Translations under genes and position numbers: made by a program
Part shown: positions 1 through 8,373 of the stretch, one piece after another
How positions within the stretch are numbered: the first letter of the stretch is position 1
Layout: the number at the start of each line of letters is the position of its first letter
The notes under the pieces: generated by a model
Seen by the model: the letters and a program-made list of their open reading frames with translations, nothing else
The model's database searches: none
What the model was told of the DNA's origin: nothing
Assembly: GCA_902806215.1 (NCBI GenBank)
Contig: CADCVT010000137.1
Location: 1 to 36,593, forward strand
Length of the DNA: 36,593 nt
Source of the DNA: an uncultured Solirubrobacteraceae bacterium
GTDB taxonomy: Bacteria; Actinomycetota; Thermoleophilia; Solirubrobacterales; Solirubrobacteraceae
Direction of reading: 5' to 3'

Positions 1-1481
1 GGCAGGCTCTTCGCCGGGCCGAACGTGCCGGGCTGGATCGCGTCCTCGTCGCGCCCCCAGTTGCACGACGAGCGGGCGCCGTCGAGCACGGGCAGCCGCA
101 GCGCCTGGAACGTCGCGCGCCCGAGCGCGGTGTTGCAGACCTGGGCCTTGTCGTCGGTCACGTGCGGGACGACCGAGATGTCGGCGTAGTACGCCTCGCC
201 CTTCGAGTCGGCCGCGATCGTGTTGACCCACGGGATGCCCTGGTTGCGCCGGATGACCGCGTCGTACTCGCGGACGTCCTGCGCCTGGTTCGTCTCGAAG
301 AAGTGGTTGAGGTAGCGGAAGTTCTGCGCGTTGGCGTCGCCCATCGCGAACGCCTTGCCCTGGCCCCACGGCAGCGGGACGCCGACGAGGTCGTCGACCA
401 TCGGCCCGTACTCGGTCGAGTACAGCGTGCGCTCCTGGTCGATGAGCTTGCCGTCCTCGCCCTTCACCTGGACCTTCACGGTGTCGCGCTGCATCTCCTT
501 CGGCTGGCCGTCGACGAGGTAGGTCGTGGGCGAGCCGGGGACGAGCGTCAGCTCGAACGGCGTGAAGCGGAACGCGGTCGAGACGGTGTGACTCCACGCC
601 AGCCCGCGCGTGTGGCCGATGAGGATGAGCGGGACGCCGTAGAGCGACCCGCCGCTGACGTCCAGCTTGCCGGGGATGGTCAGATGCGCCTGGTAGAAGC
701 GCTCGGACCCGTCCCACGGGAAATGCGGGTTGCCGAGCAACATGCCCTTGCCGTTGTCGGTCTGCTCGCGGCCGATGCCGTAGGCGTTCGAGCCGATCCC
801 GCCGAGCGGGAACCGCTCGCCGAAGGTGTCGATCGCGGCCTGCGCGTCGACCGTGCGGCTGCCGCCCTGGACGTCGCCGGGGGGCGGCGGCTGCGCGCCG
901 CCGATCCCGTCGATCGCGACCGCCTGCGAGGCGAGCAGGGCGAGCTGGTAGAAGCGGCGGTAGGCGTCGATCTCCTCGATCGGCCGGACCCACTCCTTGC
1001 CCCGGCACGCGGGGTCGGGGAGGTTGTCGACGCCGGTCTCGCGCAGGTAGCGGTTGTAGCCCGCCACATAGCCGCGGACACCCTGCTTGACCTCCTCGCG
1101 CGGCCCGAGCGGCGGCGCCTGCGCCATGAGCTTCTCGATGACCCGGGTCTGGTTGATGCGCTTGTAGAAGAAGTCCGACTCGAGGTTCGTAGCCGGGAAC
1201 CCGTTGCCGCGCAGCACGTACTTCTCCTTCGGCCCGAAGAACTTCGAGCGCTCGGCCCGCACCGTGACGTACTGGTCGGCGATGACGCAGATGTTGTCCT
1301 GGGCGAACGCGTAGCCGTAGCCGTAGCCGATCCCCGCGATCGAGCTCGCGGTGATGTGCGGGATCCCGTGCGCGGTGCGCCGGATCGTGGCGTCGAAGTC
1401 GTCCTGTGCGAGGGCGGCCGCGGGCGCGGCGATGACGAGGAGGGAGAGCGCGAGCAGCAGCACGCGTGCCGGACGGGACAT
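1..1481 (-). CDS. Secreted penicillin acylase family / AHL (aculeacin A, PvdQ-like) acylase, Ntn hydrolase; 3' end runs off the window
   Basis: Not in the ORF track because it has no stop in the window. Manual translation from ATG 1481 gives signal peptide MSRPARVLLLALSLLVIAAPAAALA, then ATIRRTAHGIPHI, GYGYGYAFAQDN, beta-subunit start GSNAYG (Ser at 789-791), LLGNPHFPW, LAWSHTVSTA and IPWVNTIAAD. Confidence 0.93.
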   Translation of the reverse strand, partial: MSRPARVLLLALSLLVIAAPAAALAQDDFDATIRRTAHGIPHITASSIAGIGYGYGYAFAQDNICVIADQYVTVRAERSKFFGPKEKYVLRGNGFPATNLESDFFYKRINQTRVIEKLMAQAPPLGPREEVKQGVRGYVAGYNRYLRETGVDNLPDPACRGKEWVRPIEEIDAYRRFYQLALLASQAVAIDGIGGAQPPPPGDVQGGSRTVDAQAAIDTFGERFPLGGIGSNAYGIGREQTDNGKGMLLGNPHFPWDGSERFYQAHLTIPGKLDVSGGSLYGVPLILIGHTRGLAWSHTVSTAFRFTPFELTLVPGSPTTYLVDGQPKEMQRDTVKVQVKGEDGKLIDQERTLYSTEYGPMVDDLVGVPLPWGQGKAFAMGDANAQNFRYLNHFFETNQAQDVREYDAVIRRNQGIPWVNTIAADSKGEAYYADISVVPHVTDDKAQVCNTALGRATFQALRLPVLDGARSSCNWGRDEDAIQPGTFGPAKSL

Positions 1482-1489
1482 GCCCCGGC

Positions 1490-1495
1490 ACGCTA
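1490..1495 (-). promoter_or_regulatory. Putative -10 box (TAGCGT), leaderless acylase transcript
   Basis: TAnnnT hexamer 8 nt upstream of ATG 1481, with no Shine-Dalgarno sequence. Confidence 0.5.
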
Positions 1496-1517
1496 GAGAG
1501 GAGGTGGCCGCGGCGCG

Positions 1518-4280
1518 CTACTTCGCGGTGCGGGCGCCGCGGACGCGGCGGGTGACCCACCCGGCGGCGCGGCCGTCGGGCAGGCGCAGCCGTGCGCGGA
1601 CGCCGCGGGTCCCGCGCGTCAGGCGGACCCGGGTCGCGGTCGTCGCGACCTTCAGCGGACGCCAGCGGTTCGAGCGGCCACGCCTGACCTGCACGTCGAA
1701 CCTCGACCCGGCGGGACCCAGCCGAACGACCGAGCGCTTGACCGTGAGGAGCAGCCGCGGACGCTTGGTCGCCGCGGCACGCGCCGGCGGATCCGGGATC
1801 CTCGGGAACGGCCCGATCGTCGGCAACGGCTTGCCGAAGTCCGACTGGAACGCCGGGGCGAGCGAGGGTCCGTCGTCGGGCTCGTCGTCATCAGGCCGGA
1901 ACTGGGCGGGTGAGGGTGAGCCCGGGTCGCTCGGCGCCCCTCCGTCACCACCGCCGTTGCTCGGGGCGTCGCCCGGCTTCGCGGCGCCCGGCTTCTCGAC
2001 GTAGATCGGCGACGTCATCGCGAGGTAGGTGAGGTCGGCCGTGCAGAGGTCCAGCGGCGACGGCGTGCCGGGCGTGCAGTTGGGGTCGGCGTCGGCGCTT
2101 CGCTGATCGCCGAGCAGCGAGGCGCGGACCCAGCCCGGCTCGCTCGGCGCCTTGAAGGACACGGTCCCGCCGGGGGCGAGCTCCTTCTCGAGCAGGGTCT
2201 TGCCGTTGGCCCGGATGCGCGCGGTCGCCGGGGCGTTCAGACCGTCGCCGCGTACGCGCATCGCGGCGCCGGGTGCGACGGTGTCGCCCATCGTCGACTC
2301 GAACGCGCCGTCGCCGTCGGCGTCGGACTCGAGCAGCAGCCGGGCCGCGCCCTGCGACGGGGCGAGGCGGGTGATCGTCGTGCGCCCGTTGCGCAGCGCG
2401 CGCAGGATCGCGGCCTCGCTGCGGTCCTCGGCGAGCACCCACAGCGAGGGCATCCCGAGGTTGGCCTGGTTGCCGCCGTGCGAGTCCGAGCCGGACGTCA
2501 CCGGGACGCGCCAGCCCTGCTGGAGCCAGCACTCCCAGAACACCTCGGCGGGCCGCAGGAGCGTCGTCGCGTTCCACACCTCGAGCGTGTCCGGCCGCGC
2601 GGTGAACCCGTACTTCCAGTCGGTGTTGCCCTCGCCGCCCCTGGCGATCTGCTCGCAGCCCGTGATCTCGGCGTCGCCCTTCTCGGTCGGGTGGTTGATC
2701 TGGAAGAGCGAGCCGTCGCCGTTGACCGACGCCGCGAGCGTCGCCGCGTCGGGGACCTTCTTCTTGACTTCCTTGGCGCCGATCACGTGGGCGTGGCCGC
2801 CGGGGAGCGAGTGCTCGTAGGCGTGCACGCCGATCACGCCGGCCGACCCGAACGCCGGATCGCTCCACGCGCGCACGTCGTTGTGGTCGGAGATCGTGAG
2901 GAAGTCGAGGCCCTTCGCCGCGCCCTCGGCGAAGCGCTGCGGCACCGAGGCGAACGACGAGTACAGGGTCTCGGGACCGGTGTTGTCGTCGTTGGGCGGG
3001 CAGTACGAGTCGTGCGAGTAGCACGTGTGAACGTGGCCGTCGCCGGCGAGCCACTGGCCCTTCGGCGCCTCGCGCGTGGCCTCGATCCAGATCGGGCTCG
3101 AGTACGCGACGGGCTTGCCGGCCCGGCGGGCGCGGACGAAGAAGTAGCGCTCGTCGCGCCGTGCGGTACGTGTCTCGGCAAGCGTCCCGGTCCCGGTCGC
3201 GACGACCTTGCCCGCACTCGTGACGAGCTCGAGCGCGAGGCTCGGGTCGGTGGTCGTCGCGGCGATCTTCAGCTTGTCGCCGGTCGCGCGCACGAGCCGG
3301 CTGCCCATGTCCGCGCCGTCGACGCCGAACGTCATCCGCAGGCGGCTGCCCTCGCCGGCGGCGAGCGCGTAGAAGCGCCGGTCGAGCAGCGCCGCGCGGA
3401 TGCCCTCGGGCGTGCGGTCGTGGGCGAGCACCACCGTCTTCGGCCACTCGGGGCCCCCCCAGTTGTCGAGCGGCGGCTTGCGGTGACCGAGGTCCTCGGC
3501 GCCGATCGCCCCGACGTGCCAGCCCTTGTCGAGCGCCTCGACGAACGGTCCGGCCTTGTAGTTGCGCGTGTCCGAGCCGTACTCGCGCACGTCGTTGAAG
3601 AGCTCCATGCCGACCATCCGCTCGTCGGCGGCGGGCACGTAGGCGAAGCCCTTCCAGTCCAGATCCGGGCCGCCGGGCGGCTGGAAGTCGAGCTTTTTGG
3701 CCGACGGGTGGTTGAACGTCCCGAGGCCGTCGGCTCCGCCGCCCTGCGCGGGCGACGTCGTGAACCAGCGCCAGAACGCTCCCATGTCGGCGTAGCCGCC
3801 GGCGTCGACCTCGTTGACCCAGTTCTTCGAGAAGAGGACGTTGAGGTGGCCGAAGCGGTCCGAGCTCCACTCGAACCCGCGGATGCCGGCGAACGATCCG
3901 TCGGTGTGCTTCGTCGCCGCCTCGGCCGTGGCCTCCCACTTGCGCAGGCCGTTCGGGCCGTCGGCGACCGCGCACTCGGCGAGCAGGATCTCGCCGTCGC
4001 CGCCGCGTCCCTCGCCGTAGCACCCCTCGTTGAAGGTGCTCGGCAGGCCCATGTTCGTCGAGTGGTCCGAGCCGGCCATGAAGTCGAGCCCGTACTTCCT
4101 GCCGCTCGCGTAGAAGTCGTCCGGGGTCGTCCCGGGCCAGCCGTCGGAGTACGCGCTGTGCTCGTGCATCGCGCCCACGAGCTCGAGGTACGGGGACCTC
4201 TCGGCCGCCGGCGCCGGACCCGGCGAGGCGAGGCAGACGAGGGCAAGGAGCAGGGGGACCGCGAGGCGAGTCATCGACAT
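1518..4280 (-). CDS. Secreted CehA/McbA-family metallohydrolase with two tandem PHP domains and an Arg-rich C-terminal module (~920 aa)
   Basis: Part of the 1518..5324 ORF; real start ATG 4280 (or 4274), followed by signal peptide MTRLAVPLLLALVCLASPGPAPA. Domain 1 motifs: MHEHSAYSDG, LDFMAGSDH, FEWSSDRFGHLN, NHP, MELFN, GAEDLGH. Domain 2 motifs: GDGHVHT, LDFLTISDHN, EHSLPGGHAH, INHP, LEVWN, GSDSHG. Confidence 0.85.
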   Translation of the reverse strand: MSMTRLAVPLLLALVCLASPGPAPAAERSPYLELVGAMHEHSAYSDGWPGTTPDDFYASGRKYGLDFMAGSDHSTNMGLPSTFNEGCYGEGRGGDGEILLAECAVADGPNGLRKWEATAEAATKHTDGSFAGIRGFEWSSDRFGHLNVLFSKNWVNEVDAGGYADMGAFWRWFTTSPAQGGGADGLGTFNHPSAKKLDFQPPGGPDLDWKGFAYVPAADERMVGMELFNDVREYGSDTRNYKAGPFVEALDKGWHVGAIGAEDLGHRKPPLDNWGGPEWPKTVVLAHDRTPEGIRAALLDRRFYALAAGEGSRLRMTFGVDGADMGSRLVRATGDKLKIAATTTDPSLALELVTSAGKVVATGTGTLAETRTARRDERYFFVRARRAGKPVAYSSPIWIEATREAPKGQWLAGDGHVHTCYSHDSYCPPNDDNTGPETLYSSFASVPQRFAEGAAKGLDFLTISDHNDVRAWSDPAFGSAGVIGVHAYEHSLPGGHAHVIGAKEVKKKVPDAATLAASVNGDGSLFQINHPTEKGDAEITGCEQIARGGEGNTDWKYGFTARPDTLEVWNATTLLRPAEVFWECWLQQGWRVPVTSGSDSHGGNQANLGMPSLWVLAEDRSEAAILRALRNGRTTITRLAPSQGAARLLLESDADGDGAFESTMGDTVAPGAAMRVRGDGLNAPATARIRANGKTLLEKELAPGGTVSFKAPSEPGWVRASLLGDQRSADADPNCTPGTPSPLDLCTADLTYLAMTSPIYVEKPGAAKPGDAPSNGGGDGGAPSDPGSPSPAQFRPDDDEPDDGPSLAPAFQSDFGKPLPTIGPFPRIPDPPARAAATKRPRLLLTVKRSVVRLGPAGSRFDVQVRRGRSNRWRPLKVATTATRVRLTRGTRGVRARLRLPDGRAAGWVTRRVRGARTAK

Positions 4281-4299
4281 CTGGAACGATGGTCTAGCC

Positions 4300-4581
4300 A
4301 TGAACATGCGCTCCGCACTCCTCGTTCTCAGCATCGCCACATTCGCCGCTGCCTGCGGCGAGGAGATCGAGGACCGCGCCGTTGAGCGCGACACGCCCGC
4401 GATCACCTCGCCGGGCACCACGATCCCATACGAGAACGGCGGTGGCGACGGCTCCGGCGCCGACGGCTCGGAGAAGGCCAACGAGCGCGGCGGGGTCGGG
4501 GCGGGCCCCGACACGCCCGCGCCGGTGGACGAGCCGCTGGGGGAGTCCGCCAACCCGGCCCAGGGGGAGGGCGACGAGTGA
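4300..4581 (+). CDS. Small low-complexity acidic lipoprotein (hypothetical)
   Basis: MNMRSALLVLSIATFAAAC has a lipobox-like AAAC, followed by a G/P/D/E/A-rich body. GTGA overlap with the next gene. Confidence 0.7.
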   Translation: MNMRSALLVLSIATFAAACGEEIEDRAVERDTPAITSPGTTIPYENGGGDGSGADGSEKANERGGVGAGPDTPAPVDEPLGESANPAQGEGDE

Positions 4582-4985
4582 GCGAGCACGGCAAGGTCGA
4601 GGGCGACGGGTACGCGCTGGCGAACCTCGACGACCTCGGCGAGGGCTACGGCTTCCGCAAGATCCGCAAGGAGCTCGACGTCAAGGCGTTCGGCATCAAC
4701 GCGATCGTGATGCCGCCGGGGCACGCAGCGGGCTTTCACAGCCACGAGGAGCAGGAGGAGACCTACTTCGTGCACCAGGGCACCGCCGAGTTCTCGTTCG
4801 GCGACGGCACGAAGCACGTGGTCGGCTCCGGCGGCGTCGTGCGCGTCGACGCTCCCACGGTGCTGTCGGTCAAGAACGTCGGCGAGGACGACCTCGTCTA
4901 CGTCTGCGCCGGCGGCAAGGACGGCTACGTCGGCCGCGACGGCGTCATGGCCGAGGGCGCGAGCCGCTCCGAGCCGCCCGCTTGA
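4578..4985 (+). CDS. Cupin domain protein
   Basis: Cupin motif 1 GFHSHEEQEETYFVHQG and a beta-rich second half; GTG start overlaps the upstream stop. Confidence 0.88.
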   Translation: MSEHGKVEGDGYALANLDDLGEGYGFRKIRKELDVKAFGINAIVMPPGHAAGFHSHEEQEETYFVHQGTAEFSFGDGTKHVVGSGGVVRVDAPTVLSVKNVGEDDLVYVCAGGKDGYVGRDGVMAEGASRSEPPA

Positions 4986-4989
4986 GGAG

Positions 4990-6297
4990 CTAGATCGGCC
5001 ACACGCCCTGCCCGGCGGGCAGGACGTTGCGCGTGTCGACGATGAGCCGTGCCTCGTGCCAGTGGGGATCCTCGAGGAACTCCCGGTGCGGCGTGAGCAT
5101 GACGATGCAGTCCGCGTTGCGGACCTCGTCGGGCGTCCACGCGACGCTGAGGTGGCGCTCCGTCCCGATGTCGAGCACGGGCACCCAGGGATCGCAGTAG
5201 CGCACGTCGGCGTGCCGGAGCTGGAGCTGGCGGAAGATCTCGAGGCTCGGCGACTCGCGCGTGTCGTGCACGTCGGCCTTGTAGGCCATCCCGAGGAGCA
5301 GGATCCGTGAGCGCTTGATCGCACGGCCGTGATCGTTGAGCGCGTCGGCGACCTTCTGGATGACGTGCCCCGGCATCGACGAGTTGACCTCGTGCGCGGC
5401 GTCGATGAGACGCGACGTGTACCCGTACTCGCGCAGACGCCACGAGAGGAAGTGCGGGACGACGGGGATGCAGTCGCCCCCCAGGCCCGGGCCCGGGTAG
5501 TGAGGCATGAACGCGAACGGCTTGCTCGCCGCCGCGTCGATGACCTCCCATGCGCTGATGCCGAGCTTGTCGCACATGAGCGCGAGCTCGTTGGCCAGAG
5601 CGCTGTTCACGGCGCGGAACGTGTTCTCGTGGAGCTTCGCGGTCTCGGCGACGGTCGTGCTGCTCAGCGGGACGATGTCGTTGACCACGGTCCCGTAGAC
5701 CGCCTCGGTCCGCGCCCGGCACTCGGGCGTGACCCCCGCGACGAGCTTCGGCGTGTTGTGCAGGTTCCAGGTCCGGTTCCCGGGGTCGACGCGCTCCGGC
5801 GCGTACCCGAGGAAGAAGTCGCGGCCGGCACGGCCGCCCGCGCGCTCGAGGATCGGCAGCACGACGTCCTCGGTCGTGCCCGGGTACGTCGTCGACTGGA
5901 GGATGATCAGCTGCCCGGGCTGCAGGTGCGCGGCGACCGACTCCGCTGCTGAGATGATGAAGCTGAGGTCCGGCGTGCGCGTCTTCGACAGCGGAGTGGG
6001 GACGCAGATCGTCAGCGCGTCGAGATCGGCGATCGCCGAGTAGTCGGTCGTGGCGGTGAGCGACCCCTCGATGCCCGAGTAGCGCTCCTCGGGGACGTCG
6101 ACGAGGTACGAGCGGCGGTCGTTGACCGCCTGGACGCGCCCATCGCTGAGGTCGATCCCGACGACCGGGAACCCGGCCTCGGCGAACGCCAGCGCGAGCG
6201 GCAGGCCGGCGTAGCCGAGGCCCACGATGCCGATGCGAGCCTCGCGGGTCTCGATGCGTTGCTGGAAGCTCGTCGCTGTCCGGGCGGAGGTCGTCAC
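4990..6297 (-). CDS. Nucleotide-sugar 6-dehydrogenase (UDP-N-acetylhexosamine dehydrogenase, WbpA/WecC/TviB-like)
   Basis: IGIVGLGYAGLP, ICVPTP, STTYPGTT, APERVDPGN, ETAKLHENTFR, PGPGLGGDCIP, LGMAYKADVHDTRESP, VDTRN. Confidence 0.93.
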   Translation of the reverse strand: MTTSARTATSFQQRIETREARIGIVGLGYAGLPLALAFAEAGFPVVGIDLSDGRVQAVNDRRSYLVDVPEERYSGIEGSLTATTDYSAIADLDALTICVPTPLSKTRTPDLSFIISAAESVAAHLQPGQLIILQSTTYPGTTEDVVLPILERAGGRAGRDFFLGYAPERVDPGNRTWNLHNTPKLVAGVTPECRARTEAVYGTVVNDIVPLSSTTVAETAKLHENTFRAVNSALANELALMCDKLGISAWEVIDAAASKPFAFMPHYPGPGLGGDCIPVVPHFLSWRLREYGYTSRLIDAAHEVNSSMPGHVIQKVADALNDHGRAIKRSRILLLGMAYKADVHDTRESPSLEIFRQLQLRHADVRYCDPWVPVLDIGTERHLSVAWTPDEVRNADCIVMLTPHREFLEDPHWHEARLIVDTRNVLPAGQGVWPI

Positions 6298-6304
6298 GCA
6301 CCGG

Positions 6305-6310
6305 ACGGTA
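6305..6310 (-). promoter_or_regulatory. Putative -10 box (TACCGT), leaderless
   Basis: TAnnnT exactly 7 nt upstream of GTG 6297. Confidence 0.55.
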
Positions 6311-6391
6311 GAGCGTCGGGCCCTCCCGTGCGACGGCCGCGGCGAACTGGGCGGCAGAGCACCCGGTCACGCGTGTGCGAGAGTTGTCGCC

Positions 6392-7339
6392 GTGCGAGCG
6401 CTCGTGACCGGCTGCGCGGGCTTCATCGGCTCGCATCTCACCGAGGGCCTGCTCGGCGGCGGCGCGGAGGTGGTCGGGGTCGACTGCTTCAACGACAACT
6501 ACGGTCGCGCGCAGAAGCTGCAGAACCTCTCGCTCGCGCGCGAGTGGGACGGCTTCGACTTCGTGCCGCTCGACCTCGCGCTCGGCGATCTCGCCGACCT
6601 CGTCGAGGACGCCGACGTCGTCTTCCACCTCGCGGCGGAGCCAGGCGTGCGCCCGAGCTGGGGCGCGGCGTTCGAGCGCTACACGCGCAACAACGTGCTC
6701 GCGACGCAGCACCTGCTCGAGGCGGTGAGGGCGACGCCTGAAAAGCGCTTCGTCTACGCCTCCTCGTCGTCGATCTACGGGCAGGCGGAGACCCTCCCGA
6801 CCCACGAAGACATGACCCCGATGCCGTACTCCCCGTACGGGGTGACGAAGCTGGCGGGCGAGCACCTCTGCCAGCTCTACCACCGGAACTTCGAGCTCAG
6901 CACGGTCGTCCTGCGCTACTTCACCGTCTTCGGTCCGCGGCAGCGTCCTGACATGGCCTTCTCGCGCTTCTGCCGAGCGGCCCGCGACCGGACGCGGGTC
7001 GACGTCTTCGGCGACGGTCAGCAGACACGCGACTTCACCTACGTCGGAGACGCGGTCGCCGCGACGATCGCGGCCGGAACCCGTGCGGCCATCGACGGGC
7101 AGGTGTTCAACATCGGCGGTGGCGTCCACGCCTCGGTCAACGAGACGCTGACCCTGCTGACCGAGATCGCGGGGTGCGAGATCGACGTCCGCCGCGAACC
7201 GCGGCAACACGGTGACGTGCGTGACACGTCGGCGGACACGACACGCGCGCGGCGGTTGCTGGGCTTCGAGCCGGCCACGGGCCTGCGCGACGGGTTGTCC
7301 GAGCAGTGGTCGTGGATGACGGCCGTCGCGCTGCGATGA
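6392..7339 (+). CDS. NAD-dependent epimerase/dehydratase (UDP-glucose/UDP-glucuronate 4-epimerase-like)
   Basis: GTG start gives MRALVTGCAGFIGSHL; further motifs FHLAAEPGVRPSW, YASSSSIYG, YGVTK, LRYFTVFGPRQRPDMA, GDGQQTRDFTYV. Confidence 0.92.
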   Translation: MRALVTGCAGFIGSHLTEGLLGGGAEVVGVDCFNDNYGRAQKLQNLSLAREWDGFDFVPLDLALGDLADLVEDADVVFHLAAEPGVRPSWGAAFERYTRNNVLATQHLLEAVRATPEKRFVYASSSSIYGQAETLPTHEDMTPMPYSPYGVTKLAGEHLCQLYHRNFELSTVVLRYFTVFGPRQRPDMAFSRFCRAARDRTRVDVFGDGQQTRDFTYVGDAVAATIAAGTRAAIDGQVFNIGGGVHASVNETLTLLTEIAGCEIDVRREPRQHGDVRDTSADTTRARRLLGFEPATGLRDGLSEQWSWMTAVALR

Positions 7340-8349
7340 GCTCGCGTATGCCACGTGTCCTGGTCACCGGCGCTGCCGGCTTCATCGGCTCCCACGTCGT
7401 CGACGCGTGCCTCGCGGAGGGCATGGACGTCGTCGCGACCGACGATCTCTCGGGCGGGTTCCGCGAGAACGTCGACCCCGCAGCCACCTGGGTCGAGGGG
7501 GATCTGCGCGAGGCCCGGTTCGTCGAGTCGCTGTGGAGGAACCACGGGCCTTTCGAGCACGTCTACCACCTGGGCGCCTACGCAGCGGAGGGCCTCTCGC
7601 ACTTCATCCGGGCCTACAACTACCGGACCAACCTCGAGGCGAGCGCCCTCCTGGTCAACCAGTCGGTGCTCCACGACGTCAAGCGGTTCGTGTTCACGTC
7701 GTCGATCGCGGTCTACGGCGCGGGCCAGGTGCCCATGACGGAGGGCCAGGCGCCGCGCCCCGAGGACCCGTACGGGATCTCGAAGTACGCCGTTGAGCTC
7801 GATCTTGCCGCCGCGCACGAGATGTTCGGGCTCGAGTACACGATCTTCCGGCCCCACAACGTCTACGGGGAACGGCAGAACATCGCCGACCGTTACCGCA
7901 ACGTCATCGGGATCTTCATGAACGCGGTCCTCCGCGGCGAGCCGATGCCGGTGTTCGGCGACGGTCGCCAGACCCGCGCCTTCTCGTATGTCGCCGACGT
8001 GGCGCCGGTCGTCGCGCGGAGCCCGCTGGTAGAAGCATCGCGCAACGGTACATTCAACATCGGCGCCGACGTCCCGTACTCGATCATCGAGCTCGCGACG
8101 ACGATCGCCGCGGCGTTCGACGCCCCCGTCGACGTCGCCCACCTGCCGGAGCGCAAAGAGGTCGTCCACGCCTTCTCCGACCACACGAAGGTGCGGCGCG
8201 TCTTCGAGACCCCGGAACCGCTCTCGCTCGACGACGGGATCCGGCGCATGGCCGACTGGGTCCGCGCGCACGGCCCGCGCGATCCGGTGGAGTTCGGCGA
8301 GAGCATCGAGATCGACCGGAACCTGCCGCCCATCTGGCGCGGCGCCTAA
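7336..8349 (+). CDS. NAD-dependent epimerase/dehydratase (extended SDR)
   Basis: ATGA overlap with the previous gene. VLVTGAAGFIGSH, HLGAYAAEGLSH, TSSIAVYG, YGISK, FRPHNVYG, GDGRQTRAFSY. Confidence 0.92.
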   Translation: MSSRMPRVLVTGAAGFIGSHVVDACLAEGMDVVATDDLSGGFRENVDPAATWVEGDLREARFVESLWRNHGPFEHVYHLGAYAAEGLSHFIRAYNYRTNLEASALLVNQSVLHDVKRFVFTSSIAVYGAGQVPMTEGQAPRPEDPYGISKYAVELDLAAAHEMFGLEYTIFRPHNVYGERQNIADRYRNVIGIFMNAVLRGEPMPVFGDGRQTRAFSYVADVAPVVARSPLVEASRNGTFNIGADVPYSIIELATTIAAAFDAPVDVAHLPERKEVVHAFSDHTKVRRVFETPEPLSLDDGIRRMADWVRAHGPRDPVEFGESIEIDRNLPPIWRGA

Positions 8350-8373
8350 GCTGCCGCATCGGATGCACAGAAC

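Noticed and set aside
162..1496. 444-aa + strand ORF, and the many other long Arg/Pro-rich ORFs (e.g. 2478..4385, 4925..7354, 7039..9321, 19919..22648, 26539..30099)
   Set aside because: These are antisense or off-frame shadows of real genes in very high-GC DNA, with no motifs.
4578..4985. Cupin as a sugar 3,4-ketoisomerase or epimerase of the glycan locus
   Set aside because: No FdtA/RmlC-type motifs are recognisable; it is coupled to a lipoprotein and converges on the locus boundary.
4281..5324. N-terminal extension making the PHP protein 1268 aa
   Set aside because: It overlaps the lipoprotein, cupin and dehydrogenase genes, and the signal peptide begins at 4280/4274.
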